From assembly GCA_040954595.2 (NCBI GenBank), contig CM082589.2:10180894-10244893 (forward strand): 64,000 bases of DNA. The letters run 5' to 3'. This document shows positions 22,864 through 37,474 of this stretch, in pieces. The notes below the pieces were generated by a model that saw only the letters and a program-made list of their open reading frames with translations, made no database searches and was not told where the DNA came from. Source of the DNA: Balanoglossus misakiensis. Its lineage: Eukaryota > Animalia > Hemichordata. Position 1 is the first letter of the stretch; each line of letters begins with the position of its first letter. The translations under genes were made by a program, and so were the position numbers.

Positions 22864-24801
22864 CTAGACTAATACCTTATTAACTCCTGATCATTGGAGA
22901 ATGTATCTCTAAAGTTACTCTCTATCGCTCCCTCAGGGAAGAGAGCAATAGACAGCTCTTTCAGTGTCAGAACTTCCAGTTGTATACCAATCATTTGTAT
23001 TACCCAATCACAGACTTTGTGTTATTGGTCATTTATCTATCCAATTGAAACTCACATGTTCATTGGAGCATTACACCAAAGAAGTCACACTATAACAGTG
23101 ACAATACAACACTTGCAAAAACATGGATTGCTCAGGTCAGCCTATCTGGTTCTAGATTATGTGACCCAACTAATGCAGCTATAATGAATGTGTTTGGTTA
23201 TATACAGAGAATTGTAGGTTGTATGAGACATGTTAATATTACACTCTAGCATGGGGCAATGTATATTTATCATGTGAAAGCCACGAAGTCACTAGCTCTT
23301 GATGTTCATTTTCTATTTTTGTTGTTGAATAATTTGTTATGAAATTGGATTGAAGCTGAACTCACAGCATATGTGTGGACATAACACGTTTATACGTCCA
23401 TGTAATAATTTTTGTTAAAGCCAAACAATTAAATATCACCATTATAACAAAATTAACAACAATCTAACCCCGGGGCTGTCACTAATTTGAATGGATACCG
23501 ATCCAGAGTTAATGTTTCATTGGGAAGTCTAACAGTGTTTTGAAATGTCACATTGTAATTTGAAAGTTTGGGCTTGGGCAGTGACAATGACATTGTTTGT
23601 GTACACAATTTGAAATGGAGCTCTTTGAAAAGAGAAAAGTGGTGTGTGGAAAAGAATGAAGTCTTTGGGCTTATATCAGGTGCCTTCATTTGACTCTCAA
23701 GGAGAGTTTTGTAAAACAATTAACTTGTTGTGTGTCAGCATTATTGGGAAAGATTAAGCACACACATGTATACAGGTTAGATAAAAATGGAAAATTACCA
23801 TCAGCCTTTTTTCTTAGCACTCTCACCATTCACCCCCAGTTCCCTGTGTAGACATCCAACTTTTCCAACAGAAACAATGGATTTGGACCGAACCATTAGT
23901 TCATTTGAATACCGGTATGTATGTAATATCTGTATTTATAACATACCTCATGCTAACACTGTGTCATGATTCGCCAGAATCCGTCAGGTGATAAGAAAAT
24001 AGAATCGACTATGAATCCCTTGGGGAAATAGCAGAAAATATATAAACTGGTCACGTGACCAAAGGGATATAAAAGAATCCCATGCATATACATAGTCAGT
24101 TCACCTCTGTAGCCAGACTGGCCATACATATGAACTGATGATGTCCCTGTTTTAGGCATATGGCTTGTGAAACTGTTAAACCATTTTGTTGTGTTTTGTG
24201 TTTGGTGATCGGCAAAATCCGTGACAAGCATGGTAGAATCAAACTATTAGATGCATGTTAAGAAATATAGTCAATTATTAGGAAGTGACCATAGTTGCCA
24301 AACGATTAAAATCACATTTTTAATAACAATATTCACATGTCATTGTTTCTACATTTCTAGAATTTCAGCCATTCATTTTATGTTTGTGTAAAGAATGACA
24401 CCCTGAGGCTGTTGAATCATGTATAGTGCTGAAGGGAAGGGGGGACACCACTCCTAAATTTCTTTCATTTTGCAAAAGATGCTAAGTTGGTTTATTTTTT
24501 TCCGGATATTGCTTATATTGTAATGAAAGTTTGGTATGTTATGCAGTTCTTAAGAAGAGCTTTTGACAAACATTTCAGTGTACTTTCAAGACTGCTAGAG
24601 TATGTACATAGTGTATGCAGCGTTAGGAAGAAATATCTTTGATATTTTTATTCTAACAATTTTCCTATCAGGATAAACAAGTAGACAGAGATATCATGTT
24701 AGGATTTTTGCATACATAAAATAAATATTCTGATAAAATGAGTGCTTTTGTCTGTCTCTTTGATTTCAGGTGAGGATCAGCCGCTCCAACAAATGGTCTG
24801 C

Positions 24802-26330
24802 TTACTTCCCTTTTTCATCTGATTAAAATCAAATGTAGTGTTAGGCGCTGGTGATGATTTTGGCTATTCTGTTCTCAGTTGTTAGCTGGGAACTACTGGT
24901 CAGATTGCTTTGAAAAGTGGTATGCATGTTTCTTATGCCAAGATCATAGAGCTATATAAGTTCTAAGCTAACATCGTGAATTGTCTACTTTTTATGAATG
25001 TTTTGTCTTTTAACACAATGGTAAAATATTTTCTATGAAAGTAATTGGCTGATTTCTTTAACATTTAGTATAAATCTTCCTATAGGTGTAATTGTTGCAA
25101 AGTTTGCACATTTGTAATTATGAGCCAAATTTTGCAATTTTTGGTCAAAAATCGTTTTCTCTGAAACCTCGTGCTTGTCAGATTGCTTTGGGAATTGGTA
25201 GGCATGTTCTCAGGGTTAAGCAATTGTAAGTTGTTTGAAAATTTTGTTGAAATTTGCTTATTTGTGTTCTTGAGGTAACTTGTGATTTTCTTGTTGAAAC
25301 CACTTGTCAGATTGCTTTGAACTTTGGTAAGCATGTTCTCATCGAAGTAAGATATTGTATAATTTTGGTGATGTTTGCATTTTTGTGTTTGGCAGTTTTG
25401 GGACAGTTTTTTTAAATTAGATCATATCTATTTGTTTGGTATTAGGTCATTAACAAAAAATTAAGTCATAGAGTTGGTCACACATATTACTTATAGCACA
25501 AGTTTGAAAAAAATGACCAGTTTGTGTCGCGTTATCTGCTTTCATTGAGGAGTAACAGCGCCCGCAAGTCAAGTGTTTATGTCACATTTGTATTGGTATA
25601 TTCCAGTGGGACCTTATGAGATCGGTACGTTGCATCTGTATGGATGTATGGGAGTATGTCCATCCACATCAAAAACTTGAAGACTGCTACGCGTACAACC
25701 TCGATATTTGGTGTGTAGATGCATACCGGGTTGTAGATGGGAGTTTGTTCAAACGAAGTTGACATTGCCAAAAATATGCAAATTTTCTGGGAAAAACCTT
25801 AATTTGGTCAAAACTCAGAAACTCAGCAACCCCTGGTCATAATGATTCTGTATGTTTTGAGGTAATACTTTGAATTTTCTATTTTTCGCATTTGTTTGTC
25901 TTTTTCTACATTTTTGTAAAAAAACTACCTTTCTGGAATTAATCAGCCCACCTCTTTGAAATTTAGTATGGAGCTTCATATAGGTGATCTGAGTTACTAA
26001 AGTTTTGTTTAAATTGCTGCAAAATTTGCGAGCAATTTTTACCTTTTTGATCATTTTTTAAATGTAAAACAGCTCATAGATTGCTTTGGAAATTTGCATG
26101 TATGTTTGTCAAATCAACTAGAAGAATTTAATATTATATTTTTGGGGTGATTTTTGCCATTTTTGGTCAAAACTCTTTCTCAGAACCCTCTACTCCATTG
26201 CTTTCAAATTTGATTTAAAGGTTCCTGGGTGCGTTGTCATGATAATTTACAAAACCAATGATGAAAGTGTCAATGCTTTTTGTTGGCAATATCTTGTATT
26301 TTGGGGGCATATTTTCCAATTTTGAAAAAT
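24802..26330 (+). mobile_element. Cluster of decayed HINE-type elements with degenerate tandem cores
   Basis: Recurrent cagattgctttgaa(a/c)tt core; head and microsatellite-like tgtatggatgtatg at ~25600-25660; similar cores at 28500-28950. Confidence 0.5.
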
Positions 26331-26805
26331 AATAGTTCCCAGTGTATTACTCTAAAATTGAGTTAATAGTATTGGAATTATAATGGAATCAAATTATAGG
26401 TAATTCGGAACTTTTATATTTTGTAGGGTATTTTGTTATATACAAAAACAAAATTCATCTCCGCGACCAGCTGTTCTTTTTGGTGCATGGACAGTGTTGG
26501 CCTGTCGATTTATCTATATTTAGAAAATTTGATCAAATTCAAACTTGAATTGCATTGAATCAATTTTAATTCCCGCCAAGAACACTTTATTGACTACAAA
26601 CGTTTGTTTTGTTGGATGGGTAAAATTTAAGACCTCTCGACCAACGCAGAGTGAAGTTTAATACTTTTGAAGTTGTCAAAATCGACTAAACAGAGCGAGA
26701 AAAACGGCAATTTGCGCTGTCGGCACATTTCTTCTCCTGCCTCGAATTATCGACACCAGGACCCCCCCCCCCAAAAAAAAATATCAATTATGGATCATCA
26801 AATAA

Positions 26806-27691
26806 CTAGACTGCATCGTCCATGAAATCAAACTCGACGACAAAAAAACTTCGCCGATTCCGAGGTAAACGCATCCCGACAGGATAAGAACTCCGCTATT
26901 TGATGTCATCTGATTTCTCTGTAAACATTGGTTGGTCGTTACTTCGGGAATGGCACTTAATCTTCTCGGTTCGGCCTTTAATTTCCATGACCCCGGTTGT
27001 TTCGGCCAAGACGCAAACTGGTTCTTCACTTTGTAGTTCAGTAAAGTTGGCGAATGGGATAGTCTGTTAATGGTGAATGCAGGGCTGAACGCAGTGCTAG
27101 CGAACGGGACAAATTGACATAATAAAAGCGAGCGTGTTGTCAGATTAGTGGGACTGTCATATCATGAACACAATACGGGAGGCGTGATAAGGGCATTATA
27201 AAGAGCGAGCGTGAAACAGACATGGAAACGATCGACAGTACGGTACAGTGGCTGTGGGTAGAGCGAGCATGTTGCTGTGCCGAACACATTCACCATGTTT
27301 GTTAAATACAACACACACCGACTTGACCTGCGGCCGCAGCTGCAGCTTCCTAACGCGCCTTAATCCAAGCAGTTTACGATCTCGTGGATCGTGGTTGGAC
27401 CAACAAAATGACCCAGAAAGAGAACCACATTAGGAAGTATTATAGGTCTGTTTCCTCAAAGTCGAATAGGTGCAAAACTTAACGCACATCAAAATGTTGC
27501 CCAGACAACGGAAGTTAGCAGTTTGCTTGCTCGGTTTGAAATGCGCGGCTGTGGTAGAAAATTACCCCCTGTTCTTTGGGACGTGAGCCACCCCCCTGAG
27601 ACAATGGTGCACTCACACTCGAGAACATAGGTTTGCTATTTGCATATACAAATGGAATATTCCTTCGAATGCGAGCATGTTCCAGTGCGTT
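26806..27691 (-). pseudogene. Possible three-exon remnant of an unidentified gene in a CpG-rich patch
   Basis: Candidate exons 27691-27617 (75 nt, ttttag|..|gtgagt), 27447-27319 (129 nt), 27063-26806 (ends ...RSFFVVEFDFMDDAV*); two internal stops; no recognisable domain. Confidence 0.3.
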
Positions 27692-30600
27692 CTAAAATAA
27701 TAAAATATGCAGCTATAGCATGTATGCATATTCATTAGTGTGTCGTAATGCTAACTATGGTCTGTGATTGGGTAACAAGTCCCACTCTCCATAACAACAG
27801 GTGATCATTGACCCGTTTCCGGTGTGCGACGCCGGGTTTCGACCACTTTCCTTCTTACTGCCGCGGGATCAAGACGTCTTTTCGGTAGGCTCATAATCCA
27901 GTCATTGCTTTTAGTACCATAGCCTATGTAGCTACGTTACCGTCGCTCGATTGTTTAGTCTGGTATTAGGTGATTTGCAGCTATCCGTTCAACACCTTGT
28001 AGTTGAACAGAAGTAGGTCTTATTCCAGAAAAAAATCCGAGCTACGGGCGTGCAGCTAGCCATGCCTCTCGGCCATTCTGTGTATGGCTTCGCTGCTGAC
28101 CCTGAGGTCATAATCGAGAAAGTCTAGACATATTTATAGGGTTATACTCTGTGAGAATTTTATTGCTAGGCCTCTTGCCTAAGCGCACGTAGAGCCAGTG
28201 TTTGCATTTTTTTTTAATTTTACGGTTTAAACGTGGTTGGTGTATTTTCGCTTTTCTGTTTGTTTTTTCGTAACATTTTACTGTTTACATGTTGTTGGCG
28301 TATTTTCGCTTTTCTGGTGTGATTTCCACCTCACTGTTGGCATACTTAAACAATTATCCTAATTTTTATTGGGCAAACCGATAAAACCAAAACCACCACA
28401 AGTAAAGAAAATTGTAATCTGTTTGGTGATAACCCTTTTAGCTTTGAGAGATAACCGATTTGATGTTTTAGTAAAACCAAATTTTTGACCAGGGTGACAA
28501 GCATTTTTTTCTCTGAGAGTCGTGTTGCTTTGAAGCATACATTTGGATATATGGTCCCATTTGATGAAAACCTGGTTGATGAAAAATGTGCATATTTATA
28601 ATTTTGTAGAATTTTTTGTCTTTTTTGGTCAAAAATTGTTTTATCTAAAACTGCTTGTCAGATTGCTTTCAAATTTTGCAGGGTTGTTCCTTGGGAATAA
28701 TTAAGTGAGATGTTTTAGAAAAATACTTGAAATATGCATATTTGCGTTTTGTGTGTGATAGTTTTGGAATTTTTCATTAAAAATTATTTTCTTTCAAACT
28801 GATTGTCAGATTGCCTTGAGCTTTGGTAGGCATGTTCCCTGAAGCGATTGACGTAAGATATTGTACAATTTTGGTGAAAATACTGATTTTTCTGAAACTG
28901 CATATGGGATTGCTTTGAAATTTGATAGTATTATTGCAATGGGTAACCCAAGTTTTGTCTGATTGTGTTGATTTCCCTATACTGAGACTCGCCAAGTACA
29001 CTATATGTTTATATCACTAGAGAGTTCAGAATCCAATATGGCCGCCATACGAACTGGGACATACTGTGTAATCTGATTATTTTCTAAACTTGTCATATTT
29101 TAATTTCTCGATCTCACAAATGAAAATGAAATGCCAAAAACTTAGTAACTTTCGTTTCTTCCCGCTTGGTGTCCATTAAAGTCTTTTTCCTCCCACTGGG
29201 AAAGTGGCTAGAGTCAATATGTGCATAATGGCAGCATTATATGGCACTGAATAAATGGCAGGGGTGTTTACATCTCCTAATTTGTTTTCACTTAAACCAT
29301 GATAAATATCTAACATTATATGATCATATTGTGTATGCAACTCGGAGATGCGTTTCACTTCAGGGTTGGAAGTTTGTTTAGTCAAGTCTGGGAAGTGACA
29401 TGTCTTCAAAGTGACTGATGTTATCTGCTTAGAGCTGAATGCCCATGGGTGTTCTTTCCTAGAAATACATTTTCTTTGCATTTCATAGACCTGTGTATAA
29501 TTATAATTTCAGTTATATATTCTAATTTGTGTTTAGGTAGAGTATGCATGGAATTAAAATAATTATTCTGTAATTACCCAACAAAAATGTTTGTCTTACA
29601 ATTGTCTAGCAAGTGGGTATTTTGATTGTTAATTTGCACAGGCAACATTATGGAAGTAGCATAAAGAGTATTCGATAATATAGCAGACCTTCTAGCCAGA
29701 AAGAAGAGCTTAGAAGATTTATCAGCTCATAATATTCCTTTAACCAATGAACTTTATATGAACTTGCACACCTGCCTTCAAGATACAGGGATTAATGTTC
29801 AGGAAACCTTACCAGCTCTAGTACATTTATTTCAGCCAGAAATTGAATTACCAGAAAAAAAAATCAGTAATGTTACAAAGAAACAGTAAGAAAATAAATG
29901 GAGAAAGCCAGCAAGGAAGGCAGAAAAGTGGAATACATGAAATACACAGTTTGCTTAAACTACATGTGTATGCAGTAAAAACTGTATGGTGCAAGGACGT
30001 TCAGTTTTATGATTTATAGCCAGCCAGTCTTTCCATGCATATCATACCAAAATTAATATGAAAATCGTGTAAATGTTAATAGACTACAAGGATAGTACAA
30101 ATACATGTAGACATTACACTATCCAACTTTCTCCACTTTTGATATCTGCCCAACACAGGCAAGCAAAAGGGCCGATCTGAGAGTTTGACTTGAATGATGG
30201 CAATTTTTGCTGTCCAGAAGTAACTGTATAAAATATTTTTGGTAGTAGTATTATTGCTCAAAATACACAAGAATTTAAATATTTCCACTCACTACAGTGA
30301 TTGAACTGATTTTCAGCAAATTGCAGTGTATAAACAGATATTGCCATCTAATGAAATATCAATCCAATATGGCCGCCCATTTGCAATGGTAAAATGCTAG
30401 GTTTTTCCTTTTTTGAGCGCCTGGGAATTTAAATTGTAATCCAGATATCAAAAACTGAAGTCACTATCTGTATCTGCACATATATTGTAATATATTCTGA
30501 AAATTTCGTTACAATTAGATCAACTATGATTGAGACACGGAACATCAAACATTGCAAAATTTCATATTTCCCATGGTGCCATGCAAAAAATAGAGAGATT

Positions 30601-30820
30601 TTCTTTACAAGTTTAGATGATCTCCTGTAAAACTGAAAGAAGTATTCTTCTGTGAATCGTGCATAATTTTTTGAAAAATGTTGAAGATACTTGAGAATAT
30701 CAGTATTTTTTGATGCTTTTGTACCTTGAAAACTGGTGAACCGATTTTGATAATTTTCTTTATTATAACCTACAAAGACCTATAAAATTTTTTATCAGTA
30801 AAATAAACAGCCTTATATAA

Positions 30821-31100
30821 TTTTACCGGTCCAGCTGTTACAGAGACCACCGGCTATTTTATTATAAACTGGTGGTAGGTCAGTGAATGCCTCTGTCTGA
30901 TTGGACTAATTAGCTTGTCATACTCGCATATATTTTACAGACAGTTTTTGGACAAAAATCAGTTGTGGTCCAGCTGTTACAGAGACCACCGGTTATTTTA
31001 TTATAAACTGGTGGTAGGTCAGTGAATGCCTCTGTCTGATTGGACTAATTAGCTTGTCATACTCGCATGTATTTTACAGACAGTTTTTGGACAAAAATCT
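30821..31100 (+). mobile_element. HINE-family 5' head, tandemly duplicated (139-bp period)
   Basis: ggtccagctgttacagagaccaccgg...ggacaaaaatc at 30828 and 30967; reverse complement resembles 10790-10850. Confidence 0.6.
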
Positions 31101-31844
31101 GTTTTTTTAGTGCTGCTTGTAAGATTGCAGTGACACATAACACTTGATTGAGCATGGTGAATTTTTTTATGTTTCCATAGTATTTGAATATTTTTGCCAT
31201 ATATGCTTGCCAATGTCGCCCGCGATTTAATTCTGGTGAATACCTAAAATCTGTGTAATCCCCAAATGGCACAACAGTTTCCTATACGCTATGTTTTAAG
31301 AAGTTAATTATACATAGACATAGTGACCTCTGGCTTACCATTTCTAGCCATCCACAACAGATACAGAGTTTGCTTTCTGTTGGAACCATGCTAACTGCTT
31401 TGGCCCCTGTAATGTTGCATGTTCCTTTAATTGTCTTCTTCATGTTGGCCATATTGGATTTTCTGATAACCTCTTAAAGTTGACATTTTTCCAAAACTAC
31501 ATGGCCAATCAAGTTCTAATTTACTGTCCCTTCCAATTTTTTTCAATAATATTGTTAGTGGTCATGCGACTTTGGATTCATTATGGATTGTTGAAAAATC
31601 TCATTTAACATTTCCAAAATCTTTTTCTAATCAAGTTTTCAAGTGTATTGTGATTAGTTAAACCTTATTGGAGCCAAATTGGACTTTCTGAACTCTAATT
31701 AAAGACAAAGATTTCCTATTTCTAGCCTACTCATTTAAAGCACACATTCATTTTATTGATACGAGTCACCATATGTATAGAATACGTTACATTTTTTGGC
31801 AAATTTCACATGTCCTTTGATTCAGATTTGTTAGAACTGAATTG

Positions 31845-33935
31845 TACTTGGATATGTCTCTTGTTAAAAAGCACAACAGTCATGATTGTGTTCACATGAG
31901 TTTTATTGCTGCCAGGACATAACCCAAATATTTTGATAATTTTGGCAATGACCCTTGTTCTACTTGGATATGTCTCTAGTCTTGTTAAAAAGCACAACAG
32001 TCATAATTGTGTTCACATGAGTTTTATTGCTGCCAGGACATAACCCAAATATTTTGATAATTTTGGCGATGACCCTTGATCTACTTGGATATGTCTCTTG
32101 TTAAAAAGCACAACAGTCATGATTTTGTTCACATGAGTTTTATTGCTGCCAGGACATAACCAAAATATTTTGATAATTTTGGCAATGACCCTTGATCTAC
32201 TTGGATATGTCTCTTGTTAAAAAACACAACAGTCATAATTGTGTTCACATGAGTTTTATTGCTGCCTGGACATAACCTACATATTTTGATAATGTTGGCA
32301 ATGATCCTTGATCTACTTGGATATGCCTCTTGTTAAAAAGCACAACAGTCATGATTGTGTTCACATGAGTTTTATTGCTGCCAGGACATAACCCAAATAT
32401 TTTGATAATTTTGGCAATGACCCTTGATCTACTTGGATATGTCTCTTGTTAAAAAGCACAACAGTCATGATTGTGTTCACACGAGTTTTATTGCTGCCAG
32501 GACATAACCCAAATATTTTGATAATTTTGGCAATGACCCTTGATCTACTTGGATATGTCTCTTGTTAAAAAGCACAACAGTCATTATTGTGTTCATATGA
32601 GTTTTATTGCTGCCAGGACATAACCAAAATATTTTGATAATTTTGGCAATGACCCTTGATCTACTTGGATAGGTCTCTTGTTAAAAAGCACAACAGTCAT
32701 GATTGTGTTCACATGAGTTATATTGCTGCCAGGACATAACCCAAATATTTTGATAATTTTGGCCATGACCCTTGATCTACTTGGATATGTCTCTTGTTAA
32801 AAAACACAACAGTCATAATTGTGTTCACATGAGTTTTATTGCTGCCTGGACATAACCTACATATTTTGATAATGTTGGCAATGATCCTTGATCTACTTGG
32901 ATATGCCTCTTGTTAAAAAGCACAACAGTCATGATTGTGTTCACATGAGTTTTATTGCTGCCAGGACATAACCCAAATATTTTGATAATTTTGGCAATGA
33001 CCCTTGATCTACTTGGATATGTCTCTTGTTAAAAAGCACAACAGTCATGATTGTGTTCACACGAGTTTTATTGCTGCCAGGACATAACCCAAATATTTTG
33101 ATAATTTTGGCAATGACCCTTGATCTACTTGGATATGTCTCTTGTTAAAAAGCACAACAGTCATTATTGTGTTCATATGAGTTATATTGCTGCCAGGACA
33201 TAACCCAAATATTTTGATAATTTTGGCCATGACCCTTGATCTACTTGGATATGTCTCTTGTTAAAAAACACAACAGTCATAATTGTGTTCACATGAGTTT
33301 TATTGCTGCCTGGACATAACCTACATATTTTGATAATGTTGGCAATGATCCTTGATCTACTTGGATATGCCTCTTGTTAAAAAGCACAACAGTCATGATT
33401 GTGTTCACATGAGTTTTATTGCTGCCAGGACATAACCCAAATATTTTGATAATTTTGGCAATGACCCTTGATCTACTTGGATATGTCTCTTGTTAAAAAG
33501 CACAACAGTCATGATTGTGTTCACACGAGTTTTATTGCTGCCAGGACATAACCCAAATATTTTGATAATTTTGGCAATGACCCTTGATCTACTTGGATAT
33601 GTCTCTTGTTAAAAAGCACAACAGTCATTATTGTGTTCATATGAGTTTTATTGCTGCCAGGACATAACCAAAATATTTTGATAATTTTGGCAATGACCCT
33701 TGATCTACTTGGATAGGTCTCTTGTTAAAAAGCACAACAGTCATGATTGTGTTCACATGAGTTATATTGCTGCCAGGACATAACCCAAATATTTTGATAA
33801 TTTTGGCCATGACCCTTGATCTACTTGGATATGTCTCTTGTTAAAAAGCACAACAGTCATGATATTGTACACATGAGTACTATTGCTGCCTGGACATAAC
33901 CCAAATATTTTGATAATTTTGGCCATGATCTACTT
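31845..33935. repeat. 116-bp tandem array (~18 copies)
   Basis: Unit gacccttgatctacttggatatgtctcttg...gataattttggcaat; a variant monomer recurs at 580- and 464-bp spacing. Confidence 0.95.
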
Positions 33936-35614
33936 TCCCATAACTTGCCATGCACAGCAGATACGGCTTTCAAATTTAGAGGACTGGAACACCTAATGAA
34001 GTATTAATCTTTAACACAATCGTTATGTACTTATCCTATTTAAAGTTAACCAATTGAGCTTAGAAGTTTGGTTCTTGTTGGACACTTATCAGTTTGATGT
34101 CAAAATTTGTTGGCACAAATTTGCGTGACCTCTGGCTTACTTACCATTTCTCAGCATCCATAACAGATACAGCCTTTGCTTTCTGTTGGAACCATGCTAA
34201 CCACTTTGGTCACTCCAATGCTGCTTATAGTTGGGTCTTCTTCATGGCGGCCATATTGGATTTTCTGATAATCTCTAAAAGTGTACATTTTTTTCTAAAC
34301 TGCAGGGCCAATCAAGTTCTAATTTACTGGCCGTTCCAATTTTTTTTCAATTATATTAATAGTGGTCATGTGAATTTGGATTTATTATGGATTTTTTCAA
34401 AAACTCATGAAGATTTCCAAAATCTTTTTTAATCAAGCTTTCAAGTGAATTGTGATTGGTTAAACCTTATTGAAGCCAAATTGGATTGTCTGAACTCCGA
34501 TTAAAAACTAAAATTTCCTATTTCAAGGCTACTGAATGATAGCACACCAATCCTTTTTATGGATACGAGTCACCATAAGACCAGAATATGTTAAACAATT
34601 TTTATCAACTTTCACATGTCCTTTCATCCATTTTTTCAACACTTAATTATACAATTTTTTTGCAACTGTCATTCGTCTTTTGATCCAGATCTTTCAGAAC
34701 TTAATTCTACGTTGATATGCCTCTTGTTAAAAAGCACAAGAGTCGTGATTTTGTTCACATGAGTACTACTGCTGCCCGGACATAACCCAAATATTTTGAT
34801 AATTTTGGCAGTAACTTTTGATCTACATTCCCATAACTTGGCATGCACAGCAGATACAGCTTTTAAATTTAGAGGACTGGAACACCTAATAAAGTACATG
34901 TATTAACTTTAACACAATAATTATGTATATAAGCTATTTAAAGTTAACCAATAAAGCGTAGAAGTCTGCTTTTTGTTGGACACTGATCAGTTTGGTATCA
35001 AATTTTGTTGGCACATTTTGCATCACCTCTGGCATACTTTACCATTTCTAGGCATCCACAACAGATGCAGCATTTGCTTTCTGTTGGAACCATGCTAACC
35101 GCTTTGGCCACTCCAATGCTGCTTGTAGCTCTAATTGTCTTCTTCATGGTGGCCATATTGGAATTTCTAATAACCTTTAAAAGTTGACATTTTCATAAAC
35201 TACAGGGCCAATCAAATTCTAGTTTACTGTAGGGTTGAAAGTTTGACAAAAATATCATTAGTGGTCAAGTGACTTTGGGTGCCTAATTGGATTGTTTAAA
35301 AATCTCATTAAAAAATTACAGAACATCTTTTTCTAATCAAGTTTTCAAGTGAATTGTGATTGGTGTCACCTTATTGGAGCCAAATTGGATTTTTCTAAAC
35401 ACTGATTAAAAACTAAGATTTTCTATTTCTAGCCTACTCATTGAAAGCACACAAATTAATTTTATGGATACGAGTCGCCATATGACTAGAATACGTTACA
35501 TTTTTTGGCAACTTTCACATGTCCTTTGATCCAGTTTTTTCAAAACTTGATTAAACAATTTGTTGGCAACTCTCGCATGTCCTTTGACCCAATAATTCCA
35601 TAACTAAATTTTAT

Positions 35615-36185
35615 GTCGATATGGCTCTTGATAAAAAGCTAAACAGTCATGATTTTGTTCAAAGAGTACTACTGCTGCCAGGACATAACCCAAATATTTT
35701 GATAATTTTGGCAATGACCCTTGATCTACTTGGATATGTCTCTTGTTAAAAAGCACAACAGTCATGATTTTGTTCACATGAGTTTTATTGCTGCCAGGAC
35801 ATAACCCAAATATTTTGATAATTTTGGCAATGACCCTTGATCTACTTGGATATGTCTCTTGTTAAAAAGCACAACAGTCATGATTTTGTTCACATGAGTT
35901 TTATTGCTGCCAGGACATAACCCAAATATTTTGATAATTTTGGCCATGACCCTTGATCTACTTGGATATGTCTCTTGTTAAAAAGCACAACAGTCATGAT
36001 TTTGTTCACATGAGTTTTATTGCTGCCAGGACATAACCCAAATATTTTGATAATTTTGGCCATGACCCTTGATCTACTTGCATATGTCTCTTGTTAAAAA
36101 GCACAACAGTCATGATTTTGTACACATGAGTACTATTGCTGCCTGGACATAACCCAAATATTTTGATAATTTTGGCCATGATCTA
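35615..36185. repeat. 116-bp tandem array (~5 copies)
   Basis: Same unit. Confidence 0.93.
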
Positions 36186-37116
36186 CTTTCCCATAATTTG
36201 ACATGCACAGCAGATATGGCTTTCAAATATAGAGGACTGGAACACCTAATGAAGTATTAATCTTTAACACAATCATTATGTACTTATCCTATTTAAAGTT
36301 AACCAATTGAGCTTAGAAGTTTGGTTCTTGTTGGACACTTATCAGTTTGATATCAAAATTTGTTGGCACAAATTTGCGTGACCTCTGGCTTACCTACCAT
36401 TCTATGAATCCACAACAGATACAGAGTTTGCTTTCTGTTGGAACCATGCTAACTGCTTTGGCCCCTGTGATGCTGCATGTTCTTTTAATTGTCTTCTTCA
36501 TGGTGGCCATATTGGATTTTCTGATAACCTTTAAAAGTTGACATTTTTTTTCAAAAATTACAAGGCCAATCAAGTTCTAATTTACTGTACGTTCCAATTT
36601 TTTAAAATAATATTGTTAGTGTTCATGTGAATTTGGATTTATTATGGATTTTTGAAAAATACCATGAAAAATTTCCAAAATCTTTTTTTAATCAAGCTTT
36701 CGCGTAAATTGTGATTGGTTAAACCTTATTGAAGCCTAATTGGATTTTCTGAACTCCGATTAAAAACTAAAATTTCCTATTTGTAGGCTACTGAATGATA
36801 GCACACCAAGCCTTTTTATGGATAGAGTCAACATAAGACCAGAATGTTAAAATTTTTTGTCAACTTTCACATGTCCATTGATCCTTTTTTTAACACTTAA
36901 TTATACAATTTTTTGCAACTTTCATTTTCCCTTTGATCAAGATCTTTCAGAACTTAATTGTACATTGATATGTCTCTTGTTAAAAAGCACAACAGTCATG
37001 ATTTTGTTCACATGAGTACTACTCTGGCAGGACATAACCCAAATATTTTGATAATTTTGGCAATGACCCTTGATCTACATTTCCAAAACTTGGCATGCAC
37101 AGCAGATACAGCTTTT

Positions 37117-37474
37117 ATTAGCTCTGCTGTCACTTGTGTCAGCCGAGCTGTAGCAGTAGGTTGATAAATGTCTGTCCGTCGTCTGTCGTCCGTCATCCGT
37201 CGTCCGTCAACTTTTGGTATTTCAATCTTCTTCTATAAAACTACTTGGCATATTTAGCTGAAATTTGGTTGGAATGTGTGTTATGGTGCCCTTACCTGAT
37301 TTTGTTAATTTGGATTTGATCGGGTCATGAATATGCAAATTAGATCTAAAAATAAAATTTTTGGTAAAAAAATCTTCTTCTCCCTAACTACATGTACGAT
37401 GGAGCTGAAAATTGGTAGGAATGTGTGGTATGGTGCCCCTACCTGATTTTGTTAATTGGAATTTTGATGGGGTC
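37117..37474 (+). mobile_element. 3'-deleted HINE copy
   Basis: Head attagctctgctgtcacttgtgtcagccgagct, (CGTC)-type microsatellite and ~2 core units; near-identical to 43285-43610. Confidence 0.85.

Noticed and set aside
23963-24227. Solo LTR (TGTCATG...CGTGACA with internal TATATAAA)
   Set aside because: No target-site duplication; it could equally be a decayed MITE.
24770-24800. Additional exon after a strong acceptor (tctctttgatttcag|GT)
   Set aside because: Only ~30 nt precede repeat sequence, with no donor or recognisable peptide.
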